A model generated the notes under the pieces. That model was not told the origin of the DNA and searched no databases. It saw nothing but the letters and a program-made list of their open reading frames with translations. Shown here piece by piece: positions 6,419-14,470 of a stretch of 30,896 nucleotides of DNA. The stretch lies in the IMG/VR virus record IMGVR_UViG_3300001847_000838, positions 90,296 to 121,191 of that record. One strand, written 5' to 3'. The position numbers were made by a program, and so were the translations under genes. Position 1 is the first letter of the stretch, and the number at the start of each line of letters is the position of its first letter. This DNA is from a virus.

Positions 6419-6733
6419 ATGACAGACGCAATGGCAATAGGCTCATTAATTCTTTCGTTAGTTGCTGTAACTACACTTGCAGTTAACTATATGAAATTAA
6501 AAAGAAATTTTAAAGAAGAACTTGACAAAGAAATTGAAGAAAAATTAGCTGCAATTAGACAAGATTTAGAACGTGTAGAAAAAGCGTTTGCTGCAGATAT
6601 AGAACATTTAAAAGAAAAGCATGGTATTGAAATTAGCAACCTTGCTGAAAAAATTGATGCCCTACGCGATGAGGTTCGCACAGGGCAGACCCAACTTGTT
6701 CAGCTTCTTACTAAGTTAGTCTCCGAAAGATAA
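6419..6733 (+). CDS. Membrane-anchored coiled-coil protein (possible lysis-associated)
   Basis: N-terminal TM helix followed by a long heptad-rich helix; GAGG SD. Confidence 0.75.
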   Translation: MTDAMAIGSLILSLVAVTTLAVNYMKLKRNFKEELDKEIEEKLAAIRQDLERVEKAFAADIEHLKEKHGIEISNLAEKIDALRDEVRTGQTQLVQLLTKLVSER

Positions 6734-6913
6734 TAGCGATAACTTACTTTCAGGGGCTACCAAAGAAGCCATTAAAGTCCCATCGTAACGCACAACTTCA
6801 AGTTCCTCGCCAGGAAGGCCGCACCAAATACCGTACTCAACGGCTTCTGCTACAGAATCAAAAGTGCCAAAGTTTTCTACCATAAACGAGATTTTGCTTT
6901 TTAAATTGTACAT
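6716..6913 (-). CDS. Hypothetical protein
   Basis: 65 aa; strong AGGAGG SD. Confidence 0.7.
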   Translation of the reverse strand: MYNLKSKISFMVENFGTFDSVAEAVEYGIWCGLPGEELEVVRYDGTLMASLVAPESKLSLLSFGD

Positions 6914-6921
6914 ATTACCTC

Positions 6922-7227
6922 CTATTTTAAAAGCGTAAAGCCCTGTTCTTCTGCCTCTTTTTTGCTCAAAACTGTTCCGCCACGTTCGCCAATCTTTGCT
7001 GTACGTTTGTAGTCAATATCTACATTATATACAAAACGGCCTTTAGGCTTTTCAATCTTATAAACTAACCCAGTTTCATTATCTTGATGGTAGGTATTAA
7101 GTCCAAGGTTGTTCATTACTACCTCAAGTTCCTCTTTTACTTTCATACGTTCTTCATCGATTTGCTCAAGACGTGTGGCAAGCTCAAAAAAGCGTTTTTG
7201 TTGGGCTTCAAGTTGTTGGTTGGTCAT
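6922..7227 (-). CDS. Hypothetical early protein (N-terminal coiled coil)
   Basis: 101 aa; AGGAGG SD; promoter directly upstream. Confidence 0.8.
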   Translation of the reverse strand: MTNQQLEAQQKRFFELATRLEQIDEERMKVKEELEVVMNNLGLNTYHQDNETGLVYKIEKPKGRFVYNVDIDYKRTAKIGERGGTVLSKKEAEEQGFTLLK

Positions 7228-7247
7228 AAAAACCTCCTATATTTTTT

Positions 7248-7276
7248 AGAATAACAAAGCTGATTGTTTAAGTCAA
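7248..7276 (-). promoter_or_regulatory. sigma70-type early promoter
   Basis: TTGACT-N17-TATTCT; downstream AAAAAATATAGGAG is nearly identical to the 62-bp repeat leader. Confidence 0.8.
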
Positions 7277-7297
7277 CATTTATATTGTATAATATAA

Positions 7298-7708
7298 TTA
7301 AGGAGTTATTTTGTGTTTTTTATTTGATTTTGTGCGCTGCAAGATCTCATGAATCTTTTTGACATAAGGAAACTGATCTGGATGCTTCACCTTTTTTGCA
7401 TTAGCAGGACCATAATTATAACACACAAGAAACTGAAGTCCGCTTTTATGTATACAGCTTTTGCGGTATTCAGCAAGCATTTTGAGGCCAAGCTTGATGT
7501 TGATAGCAGGCTTACGGATTTCTTCAGGGGTGTAATTTGGTTGCGAAGAAGGCATAATTTGAAAGAGCCCGATAGCACCTACATAGCTAGTTGCATTTAC
7601 GTTAAACTGGCTTTCATGCTCAACAACTGCCAAAGCAAGCTCAGGCTCAATGCCGTATTTTGGGGCTTGAAGAGTGATAATAGCGATAATGGCTGCTTTA
7701 GTTAACAT
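7298..7708 (-). CDS. Lytic transglycosylase (SLT domain)
   Basis: Catalytic HES motif, GAIGLFQIMP, NIKLG..ML and YNYGP; hydrophobic N-terminus. Confidence 0.9.
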   Translation of the reverse strand: MLTKAAIIAIITLQAPKYGIEPELALAVVEHESQFNVNATSYVGAIGLFQIMPSSQPNYTPEEIRKPAINIKLGLKMLAEYRKSCIHKSGLQFLVCYNYGPANAKKVKHPDQFPYVKKIHEILQRTKSNKKHKITP

Positions 7709-7725
7709 ATCTCACCTCTAAGATC

Positions 7726-7754
7726 AGGATACTAAAAACCAAAAGCTAAGTCAA
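7726..7754 (-). promoter_or_regulatory. sigma70-type promoter for the SLT gene
   Basis: TTGACT-N17-TATCCT, then GAGGTG SD. Confidence 0.7.
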
Positions 7755-8011
7755 TCAAAAGGTATTATTTGGTCATAACCATAGAAATTTATTAAGTTTT
7801 TAAGCGAAACATTAAGCTCTTCTATAGGGCCTAAATTGTTATCTTGCATTAAAAATATAACAATAACTATTAACGGTATATGTGTATAACAACTAAGTGA
7901 GGTTGCAGCGTTTAAGGCTCCTTGACGATTACATTTGTCAATTAAATTGTTGCGTGCAGTCTTCAAAGTTTTAAAATAAGGCCTACAATCAACCTTCATT
8001 TTTACCTTCAA
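7751..8011 (-). CDS. Hypothetical protein
   Basis: 86 aa (ATG at 7999 is an alternative start); overlaps the upstream gene. Confidence 0.65.
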   Translation of the reverse strand: MKVKMKVDCRPYFKTLKTARNNLIDKCNRQGALNAATSLSCYTHIPLIVIVIFLMQDNNLGPIEELNVSLKNLINFYGYDQIIPFD

Positions 8012-8417
8012 ATTTTGCTAACATATCTATTTGAACAACTTCAGAATCTATATTACATCTAATATAATGCATGCCTCCATCAATAAAACTTTTTTTGCAA
8101 TTACAAGTATTGTAGTGATGAACATAGGCACTATAAATCATTTCTTGACAACTCAAACACCTAATTGCATTAACTTTTCGATTTTTACTCATTTCAATCC
8201 AATCTTTTCCAGAGACTATTGTATTTTTTCCAACTTTAGATAAAATCATAAAATCTTTATGGTTTTTGTTTCTATTTGGTATAGCATTATAGAAAACAGC
8301 AGAAGGAAAACCATAGCCAATGTCCCAAGTACCTACATAAGTAAGTTTGCCTTCAAACTTTTTTATGCATTCTTCTATTTTTAGATTTAATAAATTGTAT
8401 TTAACTACATCAAACAT
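7989..8417 (-). CDS. Conserved phage protein with Zn-binding motif CxxC...HxxxxCxC...IDGG
   Basis: IRCLSCQEMIYSAYVHHYNTCNCKKSFIDGGMHYIR is a recurrent phage domain; GGAG SD. Confidence 0.8.
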   Translation of the reverse strand: MFDVVKYNLLNLKIEECIKKFEGKLTYVGTWDIGYGFPSAVFYNAIPNRNKNHKDFMILSKVGKNTIVSGKDWIEMSKNRKVNAIRCLSCQEMIYSAYVHHYNTCNCKKSFIDGGMHYIRCNIDSEVVQIDMLAKFEGKNEG

Positions 8418-8456
8418 ATAAAATCTCCATAAAATTAAGTATTGTTAAGATTATTA

Positions 8457-8717
8457 TTAAAACAATAAGTCTTCATCGTTAAATGTAAACATAAACTTTC
8501 TACTGATACTAAAGTGTGCGTTATTATGAGAGTTTTTGCACATTTCTAAAACAGCTTCTTCTATAGTATTAAAATTAAAACCAAACTTGTTGGTCATAAT
8601 ATAAAATAGTTGAGCAAGTGAACCCTCAAAACAAACTCTTTCACTTGCAAGGAACCTGTACTTGTCTTTGTTCAACAAGGTTATACCATAAGATGTGTGA
8701 CCGTTTGGGTTAAACAT
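8457..8717 (-). CDS. Hypothetical early protein
   Basis: Start revised to MFNPNG (8717) because the AGGAGG SD and the -10 box lie within the first codons of the track ORF. Confidence 0.75.
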   Translation of the reverse strand: MFNPNGHTSYGITLLNKDKYRFLASERVCFEGSLAQLFYIMTNKFGFNFNTIEEAVLEMCKNSHNNAHFSISRKFMFTFNDEDLLF

Positions 8718-8735
8718 AGCTTTCCTCCTATTACA

Positions 8736-8764
8736 AGTATACATATATTGATTTTTTAGGTCAA
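8736..8764 (-). promoter_or_regulatory. sigma70-type early promoter
   Basis: TTGACC-N17-TATACT. Confidence 0.8.
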
Positions 8765-8800
8765 GTATTAAGCGAGTTATGATAAGGTGTACTTAATACT

Positions 8801-8838
8801 ACGTAGCGTGGCGTAGCGCTACGTTTCTTTTTTCTTTT
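8801..8838 (+). terminator. Intrinsic terminator-like hairpin upstream of the membrane/lysis cassette
   Basis: ACGTAGCG-N8-CGCTACGT followed by TTCTTTTTTCTTTT. Confidence 0.55.
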
Positions 8839-8870
8839 GCTTCTTTTCTTTTTAAATAAGGTAAAAAAAA

Positions 8871-9161
8871 ATGTTTGAAAAGTTAAAACAAATATTCTTG
8901 CAATCAAACAGTGAAGGTATACCGTTACCTCTGCTTAGAGATAACAAAACGGGTAAGGGTAGTTATACTCTAACAATGTTTTGGATGTCATTTAATATTT
9001 CTATATTACTTTTAGCAGGAAAGGTGACAAAATTAGTAGGAGATGTAGATTACAACAATGTACTTTGGCTTTTGGGTATAACTGGTGGTATGTATCTTGG
9101 AAGAAAAACTCAAGAAAGTAAAGCCGGCATAACAGTAGAAGGTGAAGATAATGCAAAGTAA
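8871..9161 (+). CDS. Putative holin
   Basis: 96 aa, two TM segments, charged C-tail; first gene of a membrane-protein cluster. Confidence 0.55.
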   Translation: MFEKLKQIFLQSNSEGIPLPLLRDNKTGKGSYTLTMFWMSFNISILLLAGKVTKLVGDVDYNNVLWLLGITGGMYLGRKTQESKAGITVEGEDNAK

Positions 9162-9279
9162 TTTTGTATCTTTACTTGTATTGACATTAATAGCAATATT
9201 GCCTATAATAGTAACTTTCTTTCTGTTTGTTGTATTTAGTTTGATTGATTTTATGAAAAAGGAAAAAAATAAATGTTAG
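9151..9279 (+). CDS. 42-aa single-pass membrane peptide (not in ORF track)
   Basis: MQSNFVSLLVLTLIAILPIIVTFFLFVVFSLIDFMKKEKNKC; bridges the gap and overlaps both neighbours. Confidence 0.6.
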   Translation: MQSNFVSLLVLTLIAILPIIVTFFLFVVFSLIDFMKKEKNKC

Positions 9280-9575
9280 AAGTTTTAAAATCTGCTTGGG
9301 AAGCAAACAAAATCAAAGTAATCTTAGTTGCTATCCCAGTTATTTTGTTAATTTTAGCCGCAACCTTATTAAATGGTTATAGAGCTTATTTGTTAGAAAC
9401 AGCTAAAAAGCTATTAGCAAAAGCACAAGAAAAAAATACAGAGATTCTTAAACAAGAAAATGAAGCTAAAATGCAAGCTGAACAAGCTATAGCCAATACT
9501 AATAAAGCAGAAGAGGCTATTGAAGAGATTAAAAAAGATGATGATGCATATTGGTACAAAAAGGAAAACAAATGA
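9273..9575 (+). CDS. Inner-membrane-anchored coiled-coil protein (i-spanin-like)
   Basis: N-terminal TM plus coiled coil, in a lysis-like context. Confidence 0.55.
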   Translation: MLEVLKSAWEANKIKVILVAIPVILLILAATLLNGYRAYLLETAKKLLAKAQEKNTEILKQENEAKMQAEQAIANTNKAEEAIEEIKKDDDAYWYKKENK

Positions 9576-9877
9576 TTTTAAAGATCTTACAATTTTTTTT
9601 GTTAGGATTAATAGCTACAATATCGGTTATGTTATTAAAACATCAATATATTATTCATTATCCTGTAGGCTCAATAGGAAAATGTATTGTATTTTACAGT
9701 AAAGTTTCTGAAGAAAGGCTAATAAAAGGCGTTATAGAAGAATATAGCATTCCTAAAGGTAATGCTAAAATTTTAATATCTGAACCTCAGATTTTATCCG
9801 ATGATATTGGTATGATATTTCAAAATGAAGAAATAAGAAATAAAGGATATATATTACTGGAGTGCGAAGATGAATAA
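9572..9877 (+). CDS. Membrane-anchored hypothetical protein
   Basis: Likely start MILKILQFF at 9572 (AAGGA SD, overlapping the upstream stop); N-terminal TM. Confidence 0.6.
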   Translation: MILKILQFFLLGLIATISVMLLKHQYIIHYPVGSIGKCIVFYSKVSEERLIKGVIEEYSIPKGNAKILISEPQILSDDIGMIFQNEEIRNKGYILLECEDE

Positions 9878-10262
9878 GAAAAAGTTACTATCAATATTTT
9901 TGATGATAGCAACTACTAATCAAGCTAATGCAAGCTGTGATTTTTCTAAAGATATTAAAGAAAATTTAGATGGAACATTTACATATAGTAAAGATTGTAA
10001 TGTTGAAGTAGGCAAGAGGATTAAAGAGCTTGATATACGTCGCCAACAAATAGAAGACTTTAATAAAGCAATAACGTTAAAAGATTTAGCAATCAGCAAA
10101 GCTGATGAGCGTGCTAAACTTTGGATGGATACCTCAACTGAGCTTAATGATAAGTTAATAAAATACGATGCAGCTTCAAAAAAAAATGATACTATATATT
10201 TTATAGGAGGGATAGCTGTTACTATCCTTTCTGTATGGGCAGCTGGACAACTTAGAAAGTAG
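9870..10262 (+). CDS. Exported coiled-coil protein with C-terminal TM anchor (spanin-like candidate)
   Basis: Signal peptide ...ANASC, two Cys, helical middle, C-terminal YFIGGIAVTILSVWAAG. Confidence 0.6.
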   Translation: MNKKKLLSIFLMIATTNQANASCDFSKDIKENLDGTFTYSKDCNVEVGKRIKELDIRRQQIEDFNKAITLKDLAISKADERAKLWMDTSTELNDKLIKYDAASKKNDTIYFIGGIAVTILSVWAAGQLRK

Positions 10263-10271
10263 GAGATATTC

Positions 10272-10649
10272 ATGAAGATGATGATTTTAGTTAATGAAGA
10301 TTTTAAAAAAGCATTGGTAAGTCTTTCAAAGCAGCCTTTGCCTCTTAAAGCTGCTTTTAAAATGAAAAGCATTATCAAAAAAGTAGATGAAGAGCAAGCT
10401 AAATATGATGAATGCCGCAAAGAAGCTCTTGAGCGTCTTGGCGAAAAAGGTGAAGATGGTAAACTAATTGTAGAAAATGGGATTGTTAAAATGTCAGCAG
10501 AAAATTTAGCTAAGTTTGCTAAAGAAGTTCAAGTTTTTCAAGATGAAGAAGTTGATTTTTCAAAGTTAAAACTATCAGAACTTGGAGAAGATGTGTTATT
10601 AACAACACAAGAAATGCTCTTGCTTGATCACATTATAATGGAAGACTAA
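10272..10649 (+). CDS. Conserved phage helical protein (DUF1617-like)
   Basis: AL..L...PLPLKAAFK...K...E...Y...RK.....G...EDGK pattern seen near phage tail genes; AGGAG SD. Confidence 0.6.
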   Translation: MKMMILVNEDFKKALVSLSKQPLPLKAAFKMKSIIKKVDEEQAKYDECRKEALERLGEKGEDGKLIVENGIVKMSAENLAKFAKEVQVFQDEEVDFSKLKLSELGEDVLLTTQEMLLLDHIIMED

Positions 10650-10659
10650 TTAGCTTAAA

Positions 10660-11319
10660 TTAAGTACCACACCCCATCATAGTACATGCATTTCTAGATG
10701 TTTCTCTAAAAGCCACAGCATTAGTGGTCCAACGCGCAGAAGTGGCATTAGTCCAGTTCATGGTTTGAGCACCTGCGGCAGCAGGAAGTGTATATTCAGA
10801 ACCATAAGAGTTACCGCTAACCGTTCCAGCAAAAATATTTGTTTTCCCCGCCGTTAGTGTGCCGCCATTATCAAAAACAATAGACACTACAGCACAACCC
10901 CCTACTGTAGGAGAAATGCTTACGGTAGGGTTGGTCGAGCCAGCTCCCGCATTAACAGCTTGCGCTGCTACATCTAATATAGAAACTAAGCCTGGAGCTG
11001 CTTTATAGGAAGAAGCGACTAATGTTATGTTTAATCCACCAGTATTTGGAACCACAATATTTGCAGCAGCTCCAGTTGGTGGGTTTAGTAAATACCACAA
11101 TTCCGTTTGTACTACACCACCGCCAGATATTTGAGTTGTTCCTGCTTGCGTCATCGCAATGCCTGAAAAAGTTGGTGATCCACCACCTCTGGCTGTCGTT
11201 GTAATTATTCCTAACCCCAACACTAAAACTGTAGCTCCTGCTCCCAAAGTATAAGACTGGCTTATGCTTGTTGCAGTTTGTCCGGTAAGCTGTACTGATG
11301 TATCAAAAGTGTGTGCCAT
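10660..11319 (-). CDS. Putative virion appendage tip protein (two-lobed beta domain, C-terminal MMGCG)
   Basis: G/T/A/S-rich beta-type sequence; last gene of the fibre cluster. Confidence 0.65.
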   Translation of the reverse strand: MAHTFDTSVQLTGQTATSISQSYTLGAGATVLVLGLGIITTTARGGGSPTFSGIAMTQAGTTQISGGGVVQTELWYLLNPPTGAAANIVVPNTGGLNITLVASSYKAAPGLVSILDVAAQAVNAGAGSTNPTVSISPTVGGCAVVSIVFDNGGTLTAGKTNIFAGTVSGNSYGSEYTLPAAAGAQTMNWTNATSARWTTNAVAFRETSRNACTMMGCGT

Positions 11320-11320
11320 A

Positions 11321-14300
11321 TTATATGTTTTGAACAGCTATAGCAAAAATGTTGATTGTACCTGTTCCAGTTTGTTGAACCGTCCAGTTGTTGTTAACCG
11401 CTGTTTGCTTCCACGGCACTGGTAGGTTAAGAACAACGCCGCCGTTAGCGGCTAGGTTAAACACAGCGCGAGCAGTACCAGCAGTAGCATCACGAACTGT
11501 AACAACTGTGGATTGGTTGGCCGCATTTGTAATAACTAAAGTTGAAAGGTCATTGAATGTAGCAGCAACCGCAGCGACAACCGTAGTCTCAGCCGTTCCG
11601 GTGATTGCAGTCGTAGTGTTAGTCACAAGGTCGCGAATATGACCTGGAGCCACAATTACGCGACCAAGTTTATCAGTCAATATGTTTGAACGTTGACCAT
11701 CAGTTACTGCAGTTGGTTGAGCAGTTTTTGCAACACCACCAACTTTTAAAGGGTTTCCTGAATCGGCTGAACCTGCAGCTACGTTACCAACAACTTGAGC
11801 ATTTAAGCTAGACGCAGTTGCTTGAGAAGCTGTCATACTCCAAGTTCCGAGCTGAGCAGACATAATTGTTTGCTGAGCAAGAGACGCATCAAAAGCTATG
11901 TTTACAGTACCTGAAGTAAAGGCAGAAGCTCTAATGCGAGCCTGAGTATAACCACCACCTGTAATTAAAAATGTACCATTAGTTGTAGTTGTAAATGTTG
12001 AAGAATAAGGTAATGATGCAGTTACAATGTTAAGAGGTATTTGCTGCCAAGTTGTACCATCACCAAGCAAACCTTCTGCAAGAAGCGTAGCTGTCCAAGT
12101 ACCAGTAACTAAAATTGAAATAGTATAAGCACCTTGAGTATTTACTGCAACAGTACCGTTTAATGCGGTAATTGAACCAGTTTGCACTGTATCTGTTGCT
12201 TGAGCACTGGTCGCTTGCTGAATACCAGATAAATAACCAAGTATACCAGAACCACCAGTTGGTGGATTAATACCAGTACCAGCAGTACCATTTGCAATTG
12301 AATTATCAGTTCTTAAAGCTCCGCTTGTTGTTAAAGATAACGGATTTGATTGACCTGTTGTATAAGTTGGAGCCGCAGCTGTTACCGCTCCTAAGTTTAA
12401 ATTACCTTTTTGGCCAGAGGTTGTAGATCCTTGTGATAAGGACATACTGTTAGTATTAGTAGAAATTGCTGATAAAGTAGATTCTGTTGCGGCTCCAGTT
12501 GGAAGCGATACAGTTCCTGAGATATTTGTAATATTCCAAGCACCTGACTGAGTTGCCGCAACTGTACCAGAAATACCTACTGTAGATCCTGTACTGTCAA
12601 CCTTTAAAGCACCAGAAGAACTAAGTTGTAATCCAGCTTGTTGTCCATCTGTTAATGATGGTGCCGAAGAATTATAAATACCACCAGATAATTGAGATGA
12701 ACTTGCTGCAGTACCGCCAGTAGCAGAACCTTGAATGGCATTTTGATTAGCTGATGTAGCAGCTCCAGTTGGTAGTGGTAATGATGATGCACTTACTGAA
12801 AAAGTGCCAGTACCAGCATTTGCTGTAACAGTTCCAGAAACAGGTTGAGTAGCTGGAAAATTAGAGACAGAAATAGATCCGCTAACTGGTTGAGTAGCTG
12901 GAAAATTACTAACTGAAATAGATCCGCTAACTGGTTGTGTAGTGGCACTGCCATCGACTTTAATAGCAGTCATTCCACTAATGCCTTGAATAGTAATAAC
13001 ATCTGAAGATGCTGTACCAGCACTACCTAAAGCTGGTTGTTTAGCTGAAGTTGCGGCACCTGTTGGTAATGGTAATGAACTAGCTGAAATAGGCAATGGA
13101 TTTCCACTATCATTTTTAACTTCAACTTCTACTGAAGAAGTTATGGCTACGTTTTGAGTAGATGGAAAATTAGAAACAGAAATGGAACCGCTTACAGGTT
13201 GAGTAGCTGGAAAATTAGATACGCTAATGCTACCGCTGACTGGCTGTGTAGTAGCGCTGCCATCGACTTTAATAGCAGTCATTCCACTAATACCCTGAAC
13301 TGTTATGACATCAGATGAAGCAGTTCCAGCTACTCCTAAAGCTGGTTGCTTAGCAGAAGTTGCGGCTCCTGTTGGCAAAGATACAGTACCTGAAACATTG
13401 TTAACATTCCATGTACCAGATTGTGTTGCTGCTACTGTTCCTGTTACAGTAGCGTTTAAATTCGCAGCAGTTGCTTGGGCTACAGTAAAACTACCACTAC
13501 CAGCGTTTGCTGTAACTGTACCGCTAACTGGTTGTGTAGTAGCGCTGCCATCGACTTTAATCCCATTAGCGGTAGTAATTACCTTGCCATTTAAAGAAGA
13601 TAAGGTAGATTCTGTAGCCGCACCTGTTGGTAAAGATACAGTTCCTGAGATATTATTAACATTCCAAGTGCCTGATTGAGTTACAGGAATAGAAGAATTT
13701 GTTACGTTTGTTTGGAACGTTCCCGTGCCAGCATTAGCAGTTACAGTACCGCTGACTGGTTGAGTTGATGCACTACCATCAACTTTAATAGCAGTCATTC
13801 CACTAATACCCTGAACTGTTATAACGTCTGAAGATGCAGTTCCAGCGCTTCCTAAAGCGGGCTGTTTAGCTGAAGTAGCAGCGCCACTTGGCAATGGCAA
13901 AGAAGTTGCAGATATAGGTTGTGTAGTAGCGCTTGCATCCACAAGAAGTGCGCCGTTATTATTGGCTTTAACATCTGTATATGCACTTAATCCGCTACTA
14001 TAACCATGCAAAACAGCATGAGCTACAAGACCATTATCTGAAGTTGTGACTTGCGTACTAATGGATTTTACATCTACGCTAGTGCCACCACTACCAACCA
14101 TTTGGCTTTTTTGATTGCCGTTAGTTTGATTTGATGCAGTAGCAGCGCCGCCAATTGTACCAAGGTTAGCTGTTACTGTGCCAGAAATTGGTTGAGTTAT
14201 TGCATTATCGGCAACTTCATAAAAAATCTGAAGATGATCGCCATTAGCAAAAGAAGATCCAGTTGTGTCATAAGTTAAAGTTAAAACGTTTCCAGCAACA

Positions 14301-14458
14301 GAACCGCCAAGATTTGGGTCATTTGCTTGATAGATCGTAATGTTATTAGTAACATCGGTAATTAATAGAACGTTTTCTAAAACTATAGAAACATAGTCCG
14401 AAAAGGTAACCTGCTTTGTCGATTTATTGAACGTGTAATTTTGTATTAGCGTGCGCAC
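11321..14458 (-). CDS. Long fibre/appendage structural protein (1045 aa)
   Basis: T/S/G/A-rich with repeats (QSGTWNxxNISGTVSLPTGAAT; VSNFPATQPVSG; three copies of a ~48-aa unit); N-terminal YTF module shared with the 1361-aa protein. Confidence 0.8.
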   Translation of the reverse strand: MRTLIQNYTFNKSTKQVTFSDYVSIVLENVLLITDVTNNITIYQANDPNLGGSVAGNVLTLTYDTTGSSFANGDHLQIFYEVADNAITQPISGTVTANLGTIGGAATASNQTNGNQKSQMVGSGGTSVDVKSISTQVTTSDNGLVAHAVLHGYSSGLSAYTDVKANNNGALLVDASATTQPISATSLPLPSGAATSAKQPALGSAGTASSDVITVQGISGMTAIKVDGSASTQPVSGTVTANAGTGTFQTNVTNSSIPVTQSGTWNVNNISGTVSLPTGAATESTLSSLNGKVITTANGIKVDGSATTQPVSGTVTANAGSGSFTVAQATAANLNATVTGTVAATQSGTWNVNNVSGTVSLPTGAATSAKQPALGVAGTASSDVITVQGISGMTAIKVDGSATTQPVSGSISVSNFPATQPVSGSISVSNFPSTQNVAITSSVEVEVKNDSGNPLPISASSLPLPTGAATSAKQPALGSAGTASSDVITIQGISGMTAIKVDGSATTQPVSGSISVSNFPATQPVSGSISVSNFPATQPVSGTVTANAGTGTFSVSASSLPLPTGAATSANQNAIQGSATGGTAASSSQLSGGIYNSSAPSLTDGQQAGLQLSSSGALKVDSTGSTVGISGTVAATQSGAWNITNISGTVSLPTGAATESTLSAISTNTNSMSLSQGSTTSGQKGNLNLGAVTAAAPTYTTGQSNPLSLTTSGALRTDNSIANGTAGTGINPPTGGSGILGYLSGIQQATSAQATDTVQTGSITALNGTVAVNTQGAYTISILVTGTWTATLLAEGLLGDGTTWQQIPLNIVTASLPYSSTFTTTTNGTFLITGGGYTQARIRASAFTSGTVNIAFDASLAQQTIMSAQLGTWSMTASQATASSLNAQVVGNVAAGSADSGNPLKVGGVAKTAQPTAVTDGQRSNILTDKLGRVIVAPGHIRDLVTNTTTAITGTAETTVVAAVAATFNDLSTLVITNAANQSTVVTVRDATAGTARAVFNLAANGGVVLNLPVPWKQTAVNNNWTVQQTGTGTINIFAIAVQNI
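13095..13165. repeat. 71-bp exact repeat shared between two fibre genes (copy 1)
   Basis: Identical to 17390-17460; encodes PSTQNVAITSSVEVEVKNDSGNP. Confidence 0.9.
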
Positions 14459-14470
14459 GTTAATTCTCCT

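Noticed and set aside
8824-8853. Pyrimidine tract as a replication origin
   Set aside because: No iterons or replication genes nearby; adequately explained as a terminator U-tract.
6487-10420. ORFs 6487..6681, 7349..7705, 7387..7578, 8031..8243, 9386..9571, 9520..9702, 9920..10420
   Set aside because: Overlap better-supported genes; 9520..9702 was considered as an embedded o-spanin but has no signal peptide/lipobox.
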